Below, in pieces: positions 56,718 through 64,000 of a stretch of DNA of 64,000 nucleotides (position 1 is the first letter of the stretch; the number at the start of each line of letters is the position of its first letter). Under the pieces are notes generated by a model that did no database searches, was not told the origin of the DNA, and saw nothing but the letters and a program-made list of their open reading frames with translations. The DNA comes from an uncultured Candidatus Saccharibacteria bacterium. Lineage in GTDB: Bacteria; Patescibacteriota; CPR2; UBA1875; CAIMLA01. The stretch spans positions 192,393 through 256,392 of the forward strand of contig CAZCRI010000001.1 of the NCBI GenBank assembly GCA_964501135.1, in the 5' to 3' direction. A program made the translations under genes and the position numbers.

Positions 56718-56977
56718 CATTGCAACCCCTCTCGTGAAAGCCGGTCGGCTTGTCTCCACTGTCCAAAGCCCTTTCGATTTACGACGTAAATCAAAAAGGC
56801 TTTCCAGCGGAAAGCCTTTGTAATAGTTGTGAAAATTCAGCAAATACTAACTAGACTCTCCGAGAAGAAAGCGGCGGCGTGGGCGACGAGTTGTTGACGT
56901 AGTATTTTGCATTTGATTTAGTCTATCAAAGTTTGGCGGAGAGGTCAATATTAAGTTAGAAACACTGGATAATACTG

Positions 56978-57005
56978 TTGACATGCCTCACTCCTTTGCT
57001 ATAAT
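56978..57005 (+). promoter_or_regulatory. Consensus sigma70 promoter, TTGACA-16nt-TATAAT, about 420 nt upstream of the surface protein gene
   Basis: TTGACA at 56978-56983, TATAAT at 57000-57005. Confidence 0.55.
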
Positions 57006-57364
57006 TTCACTACGCCTTTTGCGAAAGTAAGGGGTACGGAATCCGAAATCCTGTTTATGCCAAATCAGCATAGAGGTTACAAAACAAACAAACTATTCTG
57101 ATACGAACAAAGTAAGGGAGTGAATGCTTTGACCTATGGGTGCGCACACAGTACTGCTACACGGTTGACACAAGTGCCTATGGGAAACAGCAAATGGTGA
57201 AGCCGGTCACATTTCCTCGAAGTTTTTTATGGTAATAAATATCAAACTTGGAGGGAGGGTGATCGGTTTTTGTTTTGTCAAAATTATGGCAACACCGATC
57301 AGAACTCTCATAACACAAACACAGAATGACAGAAGCGTAATTAATCAGTAATAATAAACGTAAG

Positions 57365-57416
57365 CCCCGACGTTTCGTTGTTCGAAAGTCGGGATCCCGA
57401 CCGCAAGCGTCGGGGG
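57365..57416 (+). repeat. Tandem hairpins (copy 2 of the CCCGAC...GTCGGG motif) overlapping the RBS of the surface protein gene
   Basis: CCCCGACGTTTCG-ttgtt-CGAAAGTCGGG, then AT, then CCCGAC-cgcaag-CGTCGGGGG. The RBS GGGGGAGG shares the 3' arm. Confidence 0.5.
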
Positions 57417-57425
57417 AGGTAAAAA

Positions 57426-59090
57426 ATGTTTCAAAAGTTAAAGAAAAATTTTGCAAAGGTAGCGCTTGTGGCGCTCACTATGCAAGTGGTAGCAATGTTA
57501 GCTCCAGCTGGCGCTATGGCGGCTTTTAACCCAAGCGTTGCTGTCGACAAAACAGAACTCTACAAAGACGAGCAATTGACCATTACTGCGAACCTGGAGA
57601 ATACCGGGGATTTTGCTACATTTTTTGTATCGAACGATGGTACAAATTATAGTTTTGTAAAGTCGTATCAGGATGGTGGTTCCGATGACCAGGATGGTTT
57701 AGCAAATGGCACCTTCGTAGGTGAAGTTGATTACTCACAGTTTCCTGCGACAGCTACACCAGTAGAATATACAACCCATGTGTATGGCTCTAGCGCTGCA
57801 CTAACGGCCGTAAGTGACCTCACTGGCTTAATCTTTGGTAGTACAAAGGTTACTGTCGAGGTTGGGTATCGAGCTCCAATTGCTACAATCACTCCGAATG
57901 TGATTGACCAGGTAACAACCAGCGACCTTACAGTAAAATTAACAACTCCAGGAAATTACCTTTCTTTTTGGGGGAGCAATGATGGGACAAACTACAACTT
58001 CATTGGTTCTTATCAGGAAGGCGGGGTTGATGATTTAGACACCCTAACCGATGGGGTCTTCACTGAGCAATACAGTTTTGCTTACTTTACGGCAGCGGGT
58101 GATTATCGTTTCCACATTTACGAATCTGCGGCTCCAATGACAGCGGTTTCCGATCTGCAGTATCTTGCATTTGCAAGTACTGAACAGGTTGTAATTATGG
58201 ACGTTGCTGCTCCAGAAGTAACCACTACTTTTGCTCCTGTAATTGTCAACAATCTCGGCAAAAGCATCAATGTATTCTTCTCTGCAAATGAAAATATGAC
58301 CGTAGATTCTTTTACCTACGAAGTTGATGGCGCACCTTTTGTGCCAGCGGACCCAACCTTGGTAAAAGCGGATACCACTGATTTTGCACTTTTCCACTCT
58401 GTACAGATTCCTGCAAATTTCTTTGCCGGTGCTACTACAAGCCTGACCCTAAATTACGTTGCCAAAGACAAAGTTGGTAACCCATATGTTGGAAAGGTGG
58501 TAATCCCAGTAGACTTAGTCGCCCCAGGAAAAGTAGAAAATCTAGTAGCTACCACAAACGCCGATGGATCGGTTGTCCTTTCTTGGACAAACCCAGCGGG
58601 TGATTATACCGGTCTTCAGGTAAAACGCGATGGCGTCTTCCTTACTACTTTGCCAGTAGGAACAATTACTTATACCGATACCTCTGTCACTCGTGGAACA
58701 ACCTATAGCTATACCGTTACAGCTTTCGATGCTGCTGGCAACGAGACAGTGACGGCTCCTGTTCAGATCACAGTGCCTGGGCTTCAGGTTGCAGCTGCTG
58801 TTTCTGACTCAACAAACTACACTACCGATTCTACAGGCAAAGATGCTGGCACCGTTACCTCTGCTGCAAACTCGGTAGATACAAAGGGTGACAAGGACGA
58901 AGATAAGGAAAATGGCTTGCCTTTCTGGGCGATCGTCCTTCTAGTCGTACTTGCAGCCGTCGGCGGATATCTGATCTATAATCAGAAGCCAGTAGCTACT
59001 CCAGTAGTAGCAGCTCCAAAGAAAGAAAAGGCAGTAGCTCCTAAGAAGACTACACCAAAGAAAAAACCTACTACAAAAACCAAAAAATAA
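57426..59090 (+). CDS. Cell-surface protein with signal peptide, two tandem ~90-aa repeats, an Fn3-like domain, and a C-terminal TM plus Lys-rich tail
   Basis: Signal VALVALTMQVVAMLAPAGAMAA. Repeats ...SNDGTNYSFVKSYQDGGSDD... and ...SNDGTNYNFIGSYQEGGVDD.... Fn3 ...VVLSWTNPAGDYTGLQVKRDG...TAFDAAGNE. C-terminal WAIVLLVVLAAVGGYLIY followed by a KKxK tail. Confidence 0.7.
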   Translation: MFQKLKKNFAKVALVALTMQVVAMLAPAGAMAAFNPSVAVDKTELYKDEQLTITANLENTGDFATFFVSNDGTNYSFVKSYQDGGSDDQDGLANGTFVGEVDYSQFPATATPVEYTTHVYGSSAALTAVSDLTGLIFGSTKVTVEVGYRAPIATITPNVIDQVTTSDLTVKLTTPGNYLSFWGSNDGTNYNFIGSYQEGGVDDLDTLTDGVFTEQYSFAYFTAAGDYRFHIYESAAPMTAVSDLQYLAFASTEQVVIMDVAAPEVTTTFAPVIVNNLGKSINVFFSANENMTVDSFTYEVDGAPFVPADPTLVKADTTDFALFHSVQIPANFFAGATTSLTLNYVAKDKVGNPYVGKVVIPVDLVAPGKVENLVATTNADGSVVLSWTNPAGDYTGLQVKRDGVFLTTLPVGTITYTDTSVTRGTTYSYTVTAFDAAGNETVTAPVQITVPGLQVAAAVSDSTNYTTDSTGKDAGTVTSAANSVDTKGDKDEDKENGLPFWAIVLLVVLAAVGGYLIYNQKPVATPVVAAPKKEKAVAPKKTTPKKKPTTKTKK

Positions 59091-59199
59091 ATTCTCAATA
59101 TAGAAATAAAAATAAAGGGTGGCCAAAATAGCCATCCTTTTCGTTTCGCTTAAGGTAAAAGAACTTTTTACTTTTCCTCTTTTCCTTTATACTGTAGCT

Positions 59200-59778
59200 A
59201 TGGAAACAGTTGATTTTTCGAGAGTAAAACCAAAGTTTATCTCACCAGCAAAAGTCCTGGACGATCTAGGCCTGCATGCAGGAGAGTCCGTAATTGACTT
59301 TGCAAGTGGTGCTGGCCACTGGTCGCTCGCAGCTGCTGAGATCGTCGGTCCTAGTGGCTCTGTGTTGGCGCTAGAGGACGATATCGAAATGCTTCGCCTG
59401 CTACAAGGCAAAGCAGAAATTCAGAAATTTACAAATATTGACGTTGAAGAGATAGATTTTCTAAAAGGGCCCAAGAAACAATTGGAACCGGTAGACTTGG
59501 TGATTGTGGCTAATGTTTTTCATCTTATATCGGACAAGGCGACCTTTGCTCAAAGGGCAGCTGGGCTCGTTGGTCCGGATGGGAAACTGTTATTTATCGA
59601 CTGGCTACCGCGGAATACCCTTATCGGGCCGCCTCTGAGACTCCGAGTTACCGAGGAGCAGGTGATTAAATATTTTGAAGACGCAGGCCTTAAGCTAGCT
59701 TGCACGGTTGATACCGGATGGCAACACTTTGGTTTAGTCTTTGACCGAGTAGGAGAAGGTTGTGGCTGGAAAAAGTAG
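59200..59778 (+). CDS. Class I SAM-dependent methyltransferase
   Basis: Motif I VIDFASGAGHWS, an acidic post-I residue (LALEDD), and motif IV-like VIVANVFHL. Confidence 0.65.
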   Translation: METVDFSRVKPKFISPAKVLDDLGLHAGESVIDFASGAGHWSLAAAEIVGPSGSVLALEDDIEMLRLLQGKAEIQKFTNIDVEEIDFLKGPKKQLEPVDLVIVANVFHLISDKATFAQRAAGLVGPDGKLLFIDWLPRNTLIGPPLRLRVTEEQVIKYFEDAGLKLACTVDTGWQHFGLVFDRVGEGCGWKK

Positions 59779-59782
59779 TGAA

Positions 59783-59917
59783 GTGGAACCGATTATAGAA
59801 CCAGAGGATCTCTGCCCAAAGTGTGGTAGTAAAATGGTCTACGAGGATGGCGAATTAGTCTGTCCGCATTGTGATGGTGAAATTGATTATTTTGGAGAAG
59901 ATGAAGATGAATCTTAA
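59783..59917 (+). CDS. Possible small zinc-ribbon protein (44 aa, GTG start)
   Basis: CPKC...17...CPHC in another frame, overlapping the MTase stop and the next gene's start. Confidence 0.3.
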   Translation: MEPIIEPEDLCPKCGSKMVYEDGELVCPHCDGEIDYFGEDEDES

Positions 59918-60341
59918 ACCTATTTCTGATTTTTTCGGAGCCTTATTTGATCGTTTTGGGATAAGCTACTTTTTTGGGCAGCCAGCCGATACTATTACCT
60001 TTTGGTTTTTGCTCGCTTTCTTTGTGGTGGCCCTTGTATTTGTAGTTGCCTTTTACCTTTCACTTAAGATAAAGGCACGCTCTGTAAAGCCGTACAAGGC
60101 TTATGGTAAAGTCTTTTTTTGGCCAAACCTGACCATCTGCCTCTTGGGCTTTGTGAACCTTTTTGGACGCTATGAGAATCTTACCTTGATTTCGTGGCGT
60201 TTCTGGATGTATCTAGCCCTTGCTATTTTGGTAGCCTATAACGGTTGGTTTTTTGTGAAGCGCAAGGAGCAACTAGACGAAGAGCTTCTGATTCTTGCAG
60301 ATACTAAACGTAAGCAAAAATGGTTAAAACCTAGGAGGTAA
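59901..60341 (+). CDS. Hypothetical membrane protein (3 TM)
   Basis: Hydrophobic segments. Basic C-terminus. Confidence 0.45.
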   Translation: MKMNLKPISDFFGALFDRFGISYFFGQPADTITFWFLLAFFVVALVFVVAFYLSLKIKARSVKPYKAYGKVFFWPNLTICLLGFVNLFGRYENLTLISWRFWMYLALAILVAYNGWFFVKRKEQLDEELLILADTKRKQKWLKPRR

Positions 60342-60343
60342 AC

Positions 60344-60604
60344 ATGAACGTTTGTCCAGCGGTTTGCACGACAACCTACGAGATAGTATTGAACTTTTAT
60401 GTCTTAGGGGCACTTGCGGTTGGATTGGTTGCGGGTACGCTTATGTTTCTAAAGAAGATTAAGCCATGGCTGGGGATTTTGCTGGTTGTTGTTGCGTTTG
60501 TTTTCACCTTTTTGGTAGCCATAAAGATCAATGCCTGCGACTCGGGATGTGCCAAGGATGGTAGCATAAAGTTTGAAAACGAACTTTTCGGAGATAAAGA
60601 CTAA
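60344..60604 (+). CDS. Small hypothetical membrane protein (86 aa) with Cys pairs
   Basis: Two TM segments. CPAVC and CDSGC motifs. Confidence 0.4.
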   Translation: MNVCPAVCTTTYEIVLNFYVLGALAVGLVAGTLMFLKKIKPWLGILLVVVAFVFTFLVAIKINACDSGCAKDGSIKFENELFGDKD

Positions 60605-60611
60605 AAACTTG

Positions 60612-60640
60612 TTGACAGCGCCCTCGAAAATTGTTAAGAT
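60612..60640 (+). promoter_or_regulatory. Probable rRNA promoter, TTGACA-17nt-TAAGAT
   Basis: TTGACA at 60612-60617, TAAGAT at 60635-60640, about 190 nt upstream of 16S. Confidence 0.45.
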
Positions 60641-60829
60641 ATTGAGGCTTTTTACAAAGCGGAATCATGCGTGAAAATTAAGCGCCTTCTAGGAGCTTAG
60701 AGATTTTCTTTGCGCAAAGTTCAAAGTTCTTTGACAGCAGAATAATAGCAGAAACAAAACCAAACCCTTAAATTTCTTTAGTAGAACATAACTACTCAAA
60801 AAAAATGAAAACAGAGCATTAAAACTCTA

Positions 60830-62288
<1,459 letters not shown>

Positions 62289-62488
62289 CTAAGGAGTAAG
62301 ATGTTGTTTATTCAACAATCTAGGCCGAATCGAGACTTACGTATGTTAGATATACCCTCAGGGTTGATAATATATTAAATTATCTTGAAGGTTTGGTTCC
62401 CTGTTCTGCTATTATTCGGCTGTCAAAAGTCGGCAAGAGACTCCACTTCGGTGGTGTTTTTTGTTTCTATAAAGTAAGATTGAGTGTG

Positions 62489-63208
62489 ATGAAGATAGAA
62501 GCCATAAAAACTGAGATTATCACCCCTTCCTCTATTTCGCTGGAAGCATTTTTGGATAAGTACATTACTGAACTTCACGAGGAAGTTATTGTCGTATTCT
62601 CGTCAAAAGTAATATCGCTCATCGAGGGCAGGGTATCTCGGGAGCTAGAAAAGCGAGAAGAGCTGGTTCGCAAAGAAGCGGATTTTATTTCTCGAGAAGA
62701 GACCAAGAATGCACATCACATAATCATTAAGGAACATGCATTTATCTTTGGCGCTGGCATTGACCTTTCAAATGCTGCTGGCACCCTGGTTTTGTTACCG
62801 GAGAACGCGATGCAAACTGCCCGAGAGATACAACAATATTTGGCTAACAAATTTAAGTTAAAGCAGTTTGGGGTAATTATTTCGGACAGTAGGTCGTTGC
62901 CGCTTCGCAGAGGCACCGTTGGCGTTGCCCTCGGGTTTAGCGGGTTCTCCCCACTCTTGGATTATCGCGGAACCCCGGATATTTTCGGTAGGAACTTTGA
63001 AGTAGAGGTTTCGAACATCGTTGATTCCATAGCAATTGCCGCGAATTTGGCGATGGGCGAGGGCACAGAACAGACGCCGATAGCTGTGGTTTCTGCCGTG
63101 CCTTCCGTTAAGTGGGACGACTCCTTCCCCACCGAGGAACAGCTGAATGAGCTCTTCTTGGATCTAGAGGAAGACCTCTTCTATCCTTTTTATAAAAACA
63201 TATTTTGA
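62489..63208 (+). CDS. CofE-family protein (F420-0:gamma-glutamyl ligase-like)
   Basis: VIVVFSSKVISLIEGRV, GAGIDLSNA, VIISDSRSLPLRRGTVGVALGFSG and FGRNFEVEVSNIVDSIAIAANLAMGEGTEQTPIAVV align block by block with archaeal CofE. Start taken at MKIEAIK. Confidence 0.8.
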   Translation: MKIEAIKTEIITPSSISLEAFLDKYITELHEEVIVVFSSKVISLIEGRVSRELEKREELVRKEADFISREETKNAHHIIIKEHAFIFGAGIDLSNAAGTLVLLPENAMQTAREIQQYLANKFKLKQFGVIISDSRSLPLRRGTVGVALGFSGFSPLLDYRGTPDIFGRNFEVEVSNIVDSIAIAANLAMGEGTEQTPIAVVSAVPSVKWDDSFPTEEQLNELFLDLEEDLFYPFYKNIF

Positions 63209-63217
63209 GGTGAGACC

Positions 63218-63787
63218 ATGAAAGACATTGAGATTGAAATTCAGGTACGTGTTCAAAACGTAAAACCGCTTATCGAGAGGTTGGAACGCGAGGGAACCTT
63301 CGTTTTGGATGATCACCAGAAGGACGAGTACTTTACACCCCTACATCGTGATTTCTTTAGTAAAAAGCCAATAGATGAATGGCTACGAGTACGTGAATCA
63401 GGAAAGAATTCTATCACCTACAAGAATTGGCACCATCGAGAAGATGGAAAATCTAATCATTGCGATGAATATGAAACAGAGGTTGTTAGTCCCGAACAGG
63501 TGAGAAATATCTTTCGCGTTCTAGACATTGAGCCACGGATTGTTGTAGATAAACACCGACGTAGCTGGAACCATGGCAAATACGAGGTATCAATTGACGA
63601 GATAAAGGGGTTGGGTACTTTCGTGGAAGTAGAATATAAAGCAGCAGGTTTAGTAGACCCCGACCAAGTTGCTCGGGAAATGATTGAATATTTAAAAGAG
63701 ATAGGGGTCGGAAAGATTGAGATGAACTATGTTGGGTATCCATATCTCATACTCTATGGCACAGAGGGATATTTTCAAGAAGTTTAG
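63218..63787 (+). CDS. CYTH-domain protein (class IV adenylyl cyclase / triphosphate tunnel metalloenzyme-like)
   Basis: N-terminal EIEIQVRV (ExExK-type start), then the CYTH-like ...GTFVEVEYK end. Confidence 0.7.
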   Translation: MKDIEIEIQVRVQNVKPLIERLEREGTFVLDDHQKDEYFTPLHRDFFSKKPIDEWLRVRESGKNSITYKNWHHREDGKSNHCDEYETEVVSPEQVRNIFRVLDIEPRIVVDKHRRSWNHGKYEVSIDEIKGLGTFVEVEYKAAGLVDPDQVAREMIEYLKEIGVGKIEMNYVGYPYLILYGTEGYFQEV

Positions 63788-63796
63788 CCAAAATTA

Positions 63797-63825
63797 TTGA
63801 TAATATCAGGGAAATCTGGTAGAAT
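63797..63825 (+). promoter_or_regulatory. Sigma70-like promoter, TTGATA-17nt-TAGAAT, upstream of tRNA-Ile (and presumably 23S)
   Basis: TTGATA at 63797-63802, TAGAAT at 63820-63825. Confidence 0.45.
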
Positions 63826-63914
63826 ATTGTCTGTTAGTTGCTTGTTATTTGTTTTTGGTTCTTAGCTAAAAACGAATAGCCAATAACTAAGAACGGGTTG
63901 CGGGCGATTAGCTC

Positions 63915-63954
63915 CCCGATGCTTCGATCGGGATCCCGACTGTATACGTCGGGG
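63915..63954 (+). repeat. Tandem hairpins (copy 3 of the CCCGAC...GTCGGG motif) 19 nt upstream of the tRNA
   Basis: CCCGAT-gcttcg-ATCGGG, then AT, then CCCGAC-tgtata-CGTCGGGG. Confidence 0.5.
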
Positions 63955-63972
63955 CAGATGGTTGGTTCGCTA

Positions 63973-64000
63973 GGGCGATTAGCTCAGATGGTTAGAGCGC
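63973..64000 (+). tRNA. tRNA (probably tRNA-Ile), 5' portion only, cut by the window end
   Basis: GGGCGATTAGCTCAGATGGTTAGAGCGC. The D-arm GGTTAGAGCGC is typical of tRNA-Ile(GAU) in rRNA operons. Confidence 0.6.

Noticed and set aside
56274-56789. Plus-strand 171-aa ORF in cassette 4
   Set aside because: It has no RBS, a Cys/Pro/Arg-rich odd composition, and overlaps almost completely with the minus-strand ORF, which has an SD and a promoter. It is judged to be antisense.
60731-60760. Second TTGACAGC box upstream of 16S as a tandem rRNA P2 promoter
   Set aside because: There is no acceptable -10 hexamer at 16-18 nt spacing. Only AATAAT sits 4 nt away.

Overview
This window looks like a compact, gene-dense, almost entirely plus-strand piece of a Candidate Phyla Radiation (Patescibacteria) chromosome, possibly a Saccharibacteria-like lineage. 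The lineage call is tentative and rests on a divergent 16S helix sequence, tandem giant cell-surface protein genes, a 16S gene separated from tRNA-Ile/23S by protein-coding genes, and a generally reduced, salvage-type gene set.

Housekeeping genes recognised: typA (5' partial), pyrG, tsaC, mscL, rmuC, pheS/pheT, gyrB and gyrA (separated from each other by two acidic protein genes), an MFS efflux pump, an EamA transporter, two NUDIX hydrolases, a minimal MGMT-type alkyltransferase, an AlkD-like glycosylase and an HD-domain dNTPase-like gene. The 16S rRNA gene and the start of a tRNA-Ile are also present.

The most notable features, in order of interest:
1. Four short GC-rich (~55-65% against ~45% background) intergenic cassettes. 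Each carries a near-consensus sigma70 promoter, a strong Shine-Dalgarno site, one or two small unrecognisable ORFs and a terminator hairpin.
2. A ferric-reductase-like bis-heme membrane protein followed by two membrane-anchored cytochrome b5-like domain proteins, a putative extracytoplasmic electron-transfer module.
3. Two tandem paralogous giant surface-protein genes (3016 and 2740 aa). They share an N-terminal anchor and a C-terminal ~730-aa Fn3 array, have divergent Gly-rich, Ig-like and lectin-containing centres, and are followed by an FtsK/HerA-type type IV secretion ATPase and acidic or coiled-coil proteins.
4. A CofE-like ligase gene and a CYTH gene embedded in the rRNA operon spacer.
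5. A recurring 'ATCCCGAC-N6-GTCGGGG' hairpin immediately upstream of three genes.
6. An in-frame TAG splitting a GyrI-like gene.
7. Several perfect palindromes.

No CRISPR array, transposase or integrase was seen.
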